Notes: generated by a model from the sequence alone, not told the origin. A stretch of DNA of 20,000 nucleotides from an uncultured virus (IMG/VR IMGVR_UViG_3300024520_000070) (IMGVR_UViG_3300024520_000070), one strand, 5' to 3'. Positions 8,221 through 14,838 are shown, numbered from the stretch's first letter. Numbers and translations are program-made.

Positions 8221-8363
8221 AGAAACCTAAGCACGGTGGTGCCCAAGAAGAATCTAAACGAATTGAACAATACGCTGATCAATGGTGTAAAGATAATGGC
8301 TATCCTCTTCAGCGTAGGAGATACGTCTATCAAGGAAAGTGGGTGAAGAATGACGCCAAATGA
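8196..8363 (+). CDS. Hypothetical protein (55 aa), not in ORF track
   Basis: MHVGKNGVKKPKHGGAQEESKRIEQYADQWCKDNGYPLQRRRYVYQGKWVKNDAK; GGGGGA upstream; fills gap. Confidence 0.55.
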   Translation: MHVGKNGVKKPKHGGAQEESKRIEQYADQWCKDNGYPLQRRRYVYQGKWVKNDAK

Positions 8364-8754
8364 TGCTGCCTACATGGCTGGACTATTTGATGGTGAAGGT
8401 TGTGTTATTTATAAACAACATTTAGATACAAAACGTAAAGACAGGCCAAAACGCTATAAAGTTTGGAGAATTGCTTTGGAGATGTCCATGACTGACAAAC
8501 CCGTTATGGAATGGGTATATGACTTAGTTAAATGTGGAACTCTTAAACTCAATGTTAAAAACAAATCTCCCAGTTCTAAATCTCATTGGAAAGATCAATG
8601 GCGCTGGAGGTGTAGTCACCGAGATGCCTATCAAGTTGCTAAACTGATATGGCCATACGCTCAGGTGAAATTGCATAAGTTAGAACAAATAATAGATCAT
8701 TACGAACCGGAATTTTCCGATGATAATGTGTTTAGTCTGGAGGACTATAAATGA
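8350..8754 (+). CDS. Free-standing single-motif LAGLIDADG endonuclease-like protein
   Basis: AYMAGLFDGEGC at N-terminus followed by typical strands (LEMSMTD, QWRWRC). Confidence 0.8.
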   Translation: MTPNDAAYMAGLFDGEGCVIYKQHLDTKRKDRPKRYKVWRIALEMSMTDKPVMEWVYDLVKCGTLKLNVKNKSPSSKSHWKDQWRWRCSHRDAYQVAKLIWPYAQVKLHKLEQIIDHYEPEFSDDNVFSLEDYK

Positions 8755-9431
8755 TAATACAGAATAAATTTAAATATTTAATCCCTGAAGAGAATAGAGT
8801 TACTACTCCCGCTGGTAGGCATTACACTTATTTTGGAGAGAAGCTTCCAAGTGTGACGACTATTCTACAAGCGACCCAAGATTATGGTAAAACACTAGGG
8901 CTCGAAAGATGGCGACAAAATGTCGGTGATAAGAGAGCGGACGAAATTCGTGATAATGCAGCCAAGCGTGGTACAATTATGCATAGAATCCTTGAAGGAG
9001 TGATTACTGGGAAGCCCCATATGGACCTCTCAGACATGGGTCAGGAAGCAGGGACCATGGCCCAGGCATTGATCGATGATGGGCTTCTAGAGGCCTTAAC
9101 GGAGGTCTGGGGCACTGAAATGATGCTATGTTATGATGGTCTTTATGGTGGCGCAGCTGATGTGATAGGTATTTATGATGGACGCGAAAGTATATTAGAT
9201 TTTAAACAGGCCAACAAGCGTAAAACAGAGAGTCTTGTAAAAGATTACTATGTTCAGGCGGCAGCCTACGCGATGGCCCACAACTTAATGCATGGTACTA
9301 AAATACAACAAGGTGTGATCTTAGTCAGCGTTGAAGGGGGTGAAGTACAGCGATTTATAGTAAAAGATAAGCAATTTCAAGGTTTTATGTGGGAATTCTT
9401 AAGAAGGGTTGATCGCTACCATAGTATCTAA
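8751..9431 (+). CDS. PD-(D/E)XK exonuclease (Cas4/MGME1-like phage nuclease)
   Basis: LPSVTTIL, RGTIMH, GAAD...DFK, YYVQAAAY motifs. Confidence 0.88.
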   Translation: MIIQNKFKYLIPEENRVTTPAGRHYTYFGEKLPSVTTILQATQDYGKTLGLERWRQNVGDKRADEIRDNAAKRGTIMHRILEGVITGKPHMDLSDMGQEAGTMAQALIDDGLLEALTEVWGTEMMLCYDGLYGGAADVIGIYDGRESILDFKQANKRKTESLVKDYYVQAAAYAMAHNLMHGTKIQQGVILVSVEGGEVQRFIVKDKQFQGFMWEFLRRVDRYHSI

Positions 9432-9525
9432 TTTAGGTAAATGATAAAATATTTTTTTAATCGGGAGAAGAGGGTGTTACAATGTGACAATGGCTTACTA
9501 TGGTTGGTATCATTGACTAATAGTA

Positions 9526-9563
9526 TGCTTCACAACTGCTTCATTGTGCTTCACGCTGCTTCA
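9526..9563. repeat. Four TGCTTCA direct repeats with 10-11 bp period
   Basis: TGCTTCA at 9526, 9537, 9547 and 9557. Confidence 0.85.
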
Positions 9564-9588
9564 GGGGAAAACCCTTCGCGCGCACATG

Positions 9589-9612
9589 AAAATGCTTTTT
9601 CAAAAGCATTTT
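9589..9612. repeat. 11-bp perfect inverted repeat
   Basis: AAAATGCTTTT-TC-AAAAGCATTTT. Confidence 0.8.
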
Positions 9613-9637
9613 TAGGTATAAAAACTACTAAGGAAGC

Positions 9638-9922
9638 ATGACATCAAAGAAATCTAAGTACAAACATATTATAATTAAGAAGAAACGTTACTATTTTTAT
9701 AAAATAACGTGGACCGACATCACGGGGGACAGCTCGCACGCCACGTTAGATGAGTTCAATAATTTTAAAACAAGTGTAATGATTACGCACGGTTATGTGT
9801 TTAAAAAAGATAGAAAGAATCTTTGGACGTTTGCTAGTTTCGAGGAGAATGATGAGCTATTCTCCGACCGGAATGTCTTTCCCATTGGATGCATCACTAA
9901 GATGGAGAGGATCCTTCTTTGA
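9638..9922 (+). CDS. Phage hypothetical protein (WxDI motif)
   Basis: YKITWTDITGD...FPIGCITKMERI; AAGGA RBS. Confidence 0.78.
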   Translation: MTSKKSKYKHIIIKKKRYYFYKITWTDITGDSSHATLDEFNNFKTSVMITHGYVFKKDRKNLWTFASFEENDELFSDRNVFPIGCITKMERILL

Positions 9923-10429
9923 TTTATTTTCAGTTGACTTTGGTTTACGTCTCACTTTGCTTTTTAATTCTTCAACTCCGACGCCTTCTAGGATCGGAGA
10001 ATAATCATCTATTATTTGTTTCATTCTGTTTTCTAACTCTTCTGTGGTTAAGTCTTCTAGCTTACCAGTTCGGATTATCTTTTGTTCAATATACAAACCC
10101 GCCGCCTTTCCTCGAGCTACTTCAGCGTTTACTGCCGCTGACCACGCACCCTTCTTAAGTGCTTCCGCTCTAATCTTTCCTAACTCAGCGATGTGTCTTC
10201 CATAGTTTACTTCATATTTCTTTTGCCATTCTTCTCTTAACTCTCCAATGTGTTTTACTACTAGTGGATAAAGTTTTGGATTCTGTAATTTACTTGCGTA
10301 TTGGCGCGCCGAGTCTTTACTAAACCCTGCGTTAATAGCACACTGCGTAGACGTTTCTCTTCCTTCATTTATTATAAGCTCGTTAGCAAATTTCATTTGC
10401 TGTTCAGTCAGCCTTTTTGGTAGTCCCAT
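9857..10429 (-). CDS. terS: Terminase small subunit
   Basis: LTEQQMKFA...AINAGFSKDSARQYASKL HTH typical of TerS; AAVNAEVARGKAAGLY; AGGAAG RBS favours MGLPKR at 10429 (in-frame extension to 10528 possible). Confidence 0.82.
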   Translation of the reverse strand: MGLPKRLTEQQMKFANELIINEGRETSTQCAINAGFSKDSARQYASKLQNPKLYPLVVKHIGELREEWQKKYEVNYGRHIAELGKIRAEALKKGAWSAAVNAEVARGKAAGLYIEQKIIRTGKLEDLTTEELENRMKQIIDDYSPILEGVGVEELKSKVRRKPKSTENKSKKDPLHLSDASNGKDIPVGE

Positions 10430-10537
10430 TTTTCTTCCTGTGTTGTTTGTAGACAAACTTTCTTGCCTGATTAAAGATTTCATCAAATCGTTTTCTGTAT
10501 TTATCATTAGCCACTCTGGACTTGCCATCCCACTTCA

Positions 10538-11281
10538 TCATACCTTTAAATGTTTCACTCCAAGTACGTTAACTTCTTCCTGAGTTAATGTTTTAACATA
10601 ATGATTATTTATTTTAGCTGAGCCATATTTTCTAGCCCAGTCCCCATCAAAATAATGTGGTTCAATTTCTTTTTCTTTAATCCAGTTTTTGATTCGTGTA
10701 AGTCTTTCCATCTTTTCATTTGGTATAGAACAGAGAAAAGTATTAACAGCATATCTCTTGCCCTTGGTGACAGGTGTGACCTGATGTATCCAAAAACAAC
10801 CGGCGGGAAAGATTAAACATTCTCCTTCTTTTAAGTCTTCTTTGTGTTGACCATTAAAGAATTTAAACTGTCCACCATTAAAATGGTTATTCAACTGAAT
10901 AGTACAGCTGGCTGTAACAAAGTCATGACCATCGATATGAGGGTGAAGCTTACCACCATTTTCATAACACATTAATCTATAGATATGAGCGTAGTTAACT
11001 TCATCTGCAAATATATTAACCGAGACACAATTTAGTTTTTTTAAATGATCCATCCATTCATCGATCATTCCTTTCATAGCCTCATGTACTATGTGAAAAG
11101 TCTCACTTCCATGCAGTAGGTGAACTAGATTAAATGTAGACTCTGTGTCTACGCCAGTAAGGGCATGATAACAATGTTCGCCTGCTTTCTCTGCTTTGCG
11201 GTGTTCATACTCATCTATAAGTCTCTTACATTGGGCTTTATTAAGTACTTTTCTCTTCATTATAAATTGTCGTTGATCCAT
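10538..11281 (-). CDS. 2OG-Fe(II) oxygenase (prolyl 4-hydroxylase-like)
   Basis: HxD (HPHID), FNGGQF.F, IFPA...WIHQV.PV.KGKRY; start uncertain (11260, 11281 or 11317). Confidence 0.88.
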   Translation of the reverse strand: MDQRQFIMKRKVLNKAQCKRLIDEYEHRKAEKAGEHCYHALTGVDTESTFNLVHLLHGSETFHIVHEAMKGMIDEWMDHLKKLNCVSVNIFADEVNYAHIYRLMCYENGGKLHPHIDGHDFVTASCTIQLNNHFNGGQFKFFNGQHKEDLKEGECLIFPAGCFWIHQVTPVTKGKRYAVNTFLCSIPNEKMERLTRIKNWIKEKEIEPHYFDGDWARKYGSAKINNHYVKTLTQEEVNVLGVKHLKV

Positions 11282-11320
11282 GGGTTGAAATATAATACAA
11301 CTTAGTCTATAAAGCAACCT

Positions 11321-11545
11321 ATGTTTACCGGAAAGTTATTAAGACAAGTTATAGGAAAGTTTTGTAAAGCAGAAGTTGCGCGACAAGCGCGTGTTCAAGT
11401 TCTACTCCCGAATGGAGAATTTTATGACATCAATGGCATGAAACTCTTGCAAAATAAATTAATAGGTGTAAGAGAATCTCATAGACTGGTGTTTACAGTT
11501 ACTCCCGAAACATGGAAGATGGGTAAAGTTATTAAGAAGGTGTAG
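11321..11545 (+). CDS. Hypothetical protein
   Basis: 74-aa ORF divergent from the oxygenase and 2 nt upstream of the next gene. Confidence 0.7.
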   Translation: MFTGKLLRQVIGKFCKAEVARQARVQVLLPNGEFYDINGMKLLQNKLIGVRESHRLVFTVTPETWKMGKVIKKV

Positions 11546-11547
11546 TA

Positions 11548-11916
11548 GTGAAACCAGAAAGAAAATTTTGGCATGAGCTTAAGAAAAATACTCCACAAAT
11601 TTGCTGGACAAGGATTGAAAACTCTGTATCTTTTGGTACTCCTGATCTATTGGGCTATAATGCTAATGGGACCTTTTTCACTGTGGAGCTCAAAGTTACT
11701 AGGGGAAACACCGTCCGCTTCTCACCACATCAATTCTCATTCCACCTCAGTCATAAACAAAACACTTTCATTCTGATCAAGGCCCTTGGTGCCTTACACA
11801 AGGGTGTAAAACTTTATGAGGGAAAAAATATCAAGGAGCTTGATGCTTGCGGCCTGAATCTGGAACCAAGGTGCTCTAGCCTGCCTGATGCTTGCTTGAC
11901 GCTTGAGGCTCTTTAG
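11548..11916 (+). CDS. Holliday-junction resolvase / VRR-NUC-like PD-(D/E)XK nuclease
   Basis: E..FW, RIEN, GTPDLLG, VELK, FSPHQ motifs. Confidence 0.82.
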   Translation: MKPERKFWHELKKNTPQICWTRIENSVSFGTPDLLGYNANGTFFTVELKVTRGNTVRFSPHQFSFHLSHKQNTFILIKALGALHKGVKLYEGKNIKELDACGLNLEPRCSSLPDACLTLEAL

Positions 11917-11943
11917 AGCTTGATGCTTGCTGCTTGAGGCTTT
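11838..11943. repeat. 7-bp-period GCTTGNN repeat cluster 1
   Basis: GCTTG/GCCTG at 11838, 11845, 11852, 11883, 11890, 11894, 11901, 11918, 11925, 11932. Confidence 0.8.
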
Positions 11944-12052
11944 TTGGCGTACGCCCTTCTATGTCCGTCGACATGTCGGGGCTAATAGCCTTCTTCCTCA
12001 GGGAAGCTCTTAATTCTTTAAAAAATTTCGGTGATTTGAATGTGTGAGTCAT
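11876..12052 (-). CDS. Small hypothetical protein (58 aa), not in ORF track
   Basis: MTHTFKSPKFFKELRASLRKKAISPD...; ATG directly follows the stop of the GP88-like gene; C-terminus is read from heptamer repeats. Confidence 0.45.
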   Translation of the reverse strand: MTHTFKSPKFFKELRASLRKKAISPDMSTDIEGRTPKSLKQQASSSKEPQASSKHQAG

Positions 12053-12667
12053 TTAGTGTTTTCCATATGATACATTTTTTATTTCAGGATTCCAACAATT
12101 TCTACAATCTTTGCATTCGTTGTTTTGCTTAGGAGCTGGACACGTGGCGCCTGCTGTTACGACTGTCGACGTGTTGTCCCAGCCGCCCGCTGCAGGTTGA
12201 TTGATCATTGGCATGCTGAACCGGATAACTAAGTTATCAGGTGCCAGCGGCAGGAAGTGCTTCACCCAGGCCTCACGCGTCGGTAGCCAGTGCTTGACTG
12301 AAGGCGTTAACCTGCAAACTGAAAAAATTTTTGTTAGGTGATCTTCATCCTGGACATCCCCTGAGTCATGCCACCTAAAAACTTTTGATTTTTTACTATT
12401 GATTAATAATGTCATGGCCCCCGTCCAGAGCTCATGTGTAATGCTTGCCAGTCTCTTATACTGTGCAGCCTGCACCACGGGAAAAACATAACAACCCTTT
12501 AAGGCGTAGCAGCCATGGCAGGTCGAGCCCTTGACCGCTCGGAGCTTGGAGCCGGTCTTGCATTCTTTAGCTGGCAGGCCATAGGCCCAGCCAGGCATTT
12601 TTGACGGCTTGCTTAGGCCTCCGACCAGATCCCATGCTTCACTTGTTTTCATACTTTCTAAATTCAT
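12053..12667 (-). CDS. GP88-like protein (cysteine-rich, putative Fe-S)
   Basis: LPAKEC...CHGCYA, FRWHDSGD, CPA...CKDCRNCW motifs. Confidence 0.75.
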   Translation of the reverse strand: MNLESMKTSEAWDLVGGLSKPSKMPGWAYGLPAKECKTGSKLRAVKGSTCHGCYALKGCYVFPVVQAAQYKRLASITHELWTGAMTLLINSKKSKVFRWHDSGDVQDEDHLTKIFSVCRLTPSVKHWLPTREAWVKHFLPLAPDNLVIRFSMPMINQPAAGGWDNTSTVVTAGATCPAPKQNNECKDCRNCWNPEIKNVSYGKH

Positions 12668-12671
12668 ATCA

Positions 12672-12803
12672 TCAATTCATTGTGTCTTTTTTAAGGCGCT
12701 TGCTGCTTGCTGCTTGATGCTTTTTATTATTTTTATTTTTCTTCAATTCCAGGTTGTATCGGGCCCTTGCGGGCCCGGTCTTCCAGTTTATAGTTTTATG
12801 CAT
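12672..12803 (-). CDS. Small basic hypothetical protein (43 aa), not in ORF track
   Basis: MHKTINWKTGPARARYNLELKKNKNNKKHQAASSKRLKKDTMN; fills gap but is low complexity. Confidence 0.35.
   Translation of the reverse strand: MHKTINWKTGPARARYNLELKKNKNNKKHQAASSKRLKKDTMN
12698..12723. repeat. 7-bp-period GCTTGNN repeat cluster 2
   Basis: GCTTG at 12698, 12705, 12712; GCTTT at 12719. Confidence 0.75.
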
Positions 12804-13035
12804 GCTCTACAGGTAACCAGTTATCATCTCTGAAAACTTTCAATATTTCTTTGGTATAGATGGATCCGATCTCATCGAAGAGACCAACTTCAGAACCTTT
12901 AACATCGACCAGCAATGTGCTGCGGATGCCCCGGCCTACAATTGGTGACTCCTTAACAATGCCAGAGACTGGCGGATTGCTGCCCATGTGACTGTGCAGG
13001 ATCTTATCACCTTTTTTTATTTCTCTTATATTCAT
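12796..13035 (-). CDS. Hypothetical protein (possible SH3-like beta fold)
   Basis: MNIREIKKGDKI...; AAGGAG RBS and ATGA overlap favour start 13035. Confidence 0.72.
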   Translation of the reverse strand: MNIREIKKGDKILHSHMGSNPPVSGIVKESPIVGRGIRSTLLVDVKGSEVGLFDEIGSIYTKEILKVFRDDNWLPVEHA

Positions 13036-13157
13036 TTTTTCTCCTTGTCCCATTGTCTTTGTCTTGCTGCGCTGTCTTCTTGATCTTTTTTAACTAGTCG
13101 CAAGATCTCTTCTATTGCAACAGCTATTCTTTTTAACTCTTCACTTGATTCACTCAT
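13032..13157 (-). CDS. Small helical protein (41 aa), not in ORF track
   Basis: MSESSEELKRIAVAIEEILRLVKKDQEDSAARQRQWDKEKK; AAGGAG RBS; first gene after promoter at 13177-13205. Confidence 0.72.
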   Translation of the reverse strand: MSESSEELKRIAVAIEEILRLVKKDQEDSAARQRQWDKEKK

Positions 13158-13176
13158 TTTTTCTCCTTTTTAATTA

Positions 13177-13205
13177 ATCCTATACTATCCCAGATCCATT
13201 GTCAA
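13177..13205 (-). promoter_or_regulatory. Sigma70 promoter overlapped by tandem TRGGA sites
   Basis: Minus strand TTGACA-N17-TAGGAT (TTGACAATGGATCTGGGATAGTATAGGAT). Confidence 0.75.
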
Positions 13206-13231
13206 GCTTGATGCTTGAGGCTCTGAGCTTT
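13206..13231. repeat. 7-bp-period GCTTGNN repeat cluster 3
   Basis: GCTTG at 13206, 13213; GCTCT 13220; GCTTT 13227. Confidence 0.7.
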
Positions 13232-13283
13232 TAATATTTTTTACCCCATAACCTGAGGTTGTATCCTGTAACCAGCGCGCTTC

Positions 13284-13627
13284 CTGATCAGGGAACCCAG
13301 CAACGCTGGCAAAACTCCACCTATAAAGAGGGCTGCCAGAGGCATGCCTTATGGTCGGCTGTTTATCAAATTCCTTGGACCAGTAACCAGTGAAAACGTT
13401 TGCGTGCTTATTTTCTTAGGCCGGCCCTAACTTCGTGATTACTGATCCCAGATCCAACAATCGCGCATGATTTCTCATGGGCCGTATTCGGGTACGATGC
13501 TCCCCTAGACCATTGGATCAGGGATCAGGCCGGCAACCCGATATTTAACGTCGTTTCGCGACATACGCGCACCGGCTTTGGTCTGATCTTGAGGCAGTTA
13601 TTATTAAGGCTCATACCTCAGGAGCCT
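13284..13627 (-). ncRNA. Candidate structured non-coding RNA cassette (5' pseudoknot plus four stem-closed modules)
   Basis: No ORF in the track apart from a 10-nt overlap; GC-richer than flanks; long stems whose mismatches are G-U pairs on the minus strand; GAAA tetraloop; TATAAT just upstream. Confidence 0.6.
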
Positions 13628-13636
13628 AGTTGAGAG

Positions 13637-13666
13637 ATTATAGGAGAATTAAGGCAGAAATAAGGC
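13637..13666 (-). promoter_or_regulatory. Promoter with TATAAT and GCCTTA direct repeat in place of -35
   Basis: Minus strand GCCTTA-tttct-GCCTTA-attctcc-TATAAT. Confidence 0.6.
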
Positions 13667-13695
13667 AAGAGCTTAAATAAAAAAAAATAAACTTC

Positions 13696-13724
13696 TTGAC
13701 ATCTCCTATTTTTTCCTATACACT
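13696..13724 (+). promoter_or_regulatory. Sigma70 promoter
   Basis: TTGACA-N17-TACACT with upstream A-tract (UP-element-like); spacer contains TCCTA twice at 10-bp period. Confidence 0.72.
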
Positions 13725-13792
13725 TGGCAGGTGGCTGGGGATGGTGGTTAGTAGTAGAAGAAGCACAACCACAGGTTGTGCGCAAAAATCGC

Positions 13793-13824
13793 GCCTTAAA
13801 ATAGCCACATTTCAAGTATAGGAT
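13793..13824 (+). promoter_or_regulatory. Promoter with GCC-N8-GCC repeat upstream of 13858 gene
   Basis: GCCTTA-aaata-GCCACA-tttcaag-TATAGGAT, same spacing as 13637-13666. Confidence 0.5.
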
Positions 13825-13857
13825 TATCCCAATGCAAATAATAAAGAAAGGCAAACA

Positions 13858-14838
13858 ATGAGTAAGATACGTATGAACACCGAGTTAAGAACTAAAATTC
13901 TTAACCGATATAGAGAAAGTGCAGAACAAGAAAACACACAGGAACTTGAAGCCATGAAGCAAGCAAGAGAACAAGTGGATATGATTTATCCATCAACTTT
14001 TGAACTTGCACGCCAGGTCGTTGAAAGGTCATATCCGAGTGAAGATGTTAAAACGTGTAGAACATTGAAGCAAAAATATGGTGAACCTTTAGACGTTGTT
14101 GCAAAAGATAAATGCTTTTATTTTTCTTATGCAAGAGAAAACCCTGGTGAAGATGAAGATAAAAATGTTTCAGAACATTTTGACTTTGGTTTATTTGGTG
14201 ATACCGATAATGGAAATAATTATCGCAACGAAAGTGGAAAGCAATTTGCTTATGCTTATTATCGTGATGAGTTAAAAGCAAAAGACCTTGACGCAGACAT
14301 CTTGGCAAAACAAAATGGCAAAGATGACAACCCACATAAAACAAAGCACATGGATTTAAATGATAGGGCTTTGGGTTATAGTGGCTACTCTAGTTATAAT
14401 CATGACCGAGATAATAATGTCGGAATTGCTAAAGACTTTGATAAGCAATACGAGTTAGACATCATTGGTACTTCACATTGTAGGTCAAGAACGATTGCTT
14501 GTACTGACCAGGAGTTTTTAATCTTCAAAATGTTAAAACAAGCTAAAGGACAATTAATAGTATGTCATCAAAAATGGATTGATAGTATTACGAAACAATG
14601 TGAAGCTATGAAAACAGGGTTGAAAGCATATCGTTATTTAAGTGAGGGTGTTGAGTTAATGTCAGAACTTGGTGTCACTTGTGATGAAGCAGAATTAATC
14701 AGAACTAATTCAACAGGACTTGTTATTTATAATCCTGTTAATTTAGCTAGTATGATTAAGGGTATGAAGAACACAACAATAACAAGAGAACAAAAGATAG
14801 CTTTAAGAAAGGCATACGAAGCAAAACAAATAAATTAG
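13858..14838 (+). CDS. Phage hypothetical protein (326 aa, probable early gene)
   Basis: Long ORF with AGAAAGG RBS; no confident domain. Confidence 0.85.
   Translation: MSKIRMNTELRTKILNRYRESAEQENTQELEAMKQAREQVDMIYPSTFELARQVVERSYPSEDVKTCRTLKQKYGEPLDVVAKDKCFYFSYARENPGEDEDKNVSEHFDFGLFGDTDNGNNYRNESGKQFAYAYYRDELKAKDLDADILAKQNGKDDNPHKTKHMDLNDRALGYSGYSSYNHDRDNNVGIAKDFDKQYELDIIGTSHCRSRTIACTDQEFLIFKMLKQAKGQLIVCHQKWIDSITKQCEAMKTGLKAYRYLSEGVELMSELGVTCDEAELIRTNSTGLVIYNPVNLASMIKGMKNTTITREQKIALRKAYEAKQIN

Noticed and set aside
8221..8754. Group I intron around the LAGLIDADG ORF
   Set aside because: Flanking genes are intact and tightly overlapped; no room for an intron core.
9441..9641. 66-aa ORF as a real gene
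   Set aside because: Runs through non-triplet repeats and an inverted repeat, with no recognisable protein features; not fully excluded.
6751..12833. Track ORFs 6751-7017, 9795-10004, 9919-10158, 11573-11776, 12609-12833
   Set aside because: Overlap better-supported genes; no motifs.
13284..13627. CRISPR or TIGR-type array
   Set aside because: No identical direct repeats at constant spacing; modules are 64-100 nt and closed by inverted stems; no Cas or Nop-domain gene in the window.
13284..13627. tRNA, hammerhead ribozyme, SAM-V/SAM-II or preQ1 riboswitch
   Set aside because: No cloverleaf with T-loop GTTC, no CUGANGA plus GAAA core, and the pseudoknot lacks the conserved ligand-binding residues I know for these riboswitches; cmscan is needed for certainty.
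13763..13781. NrdR box
   Set aside because: CACAA and TTGTG arms are 7 bp apart rather than the 4 bp of the NrdR consensus.
13618..13854. 78-aa minus-strand ORF
   Set aside because: Overlies three promoters and operator sites; sequence is better explained as regulatory DNA.
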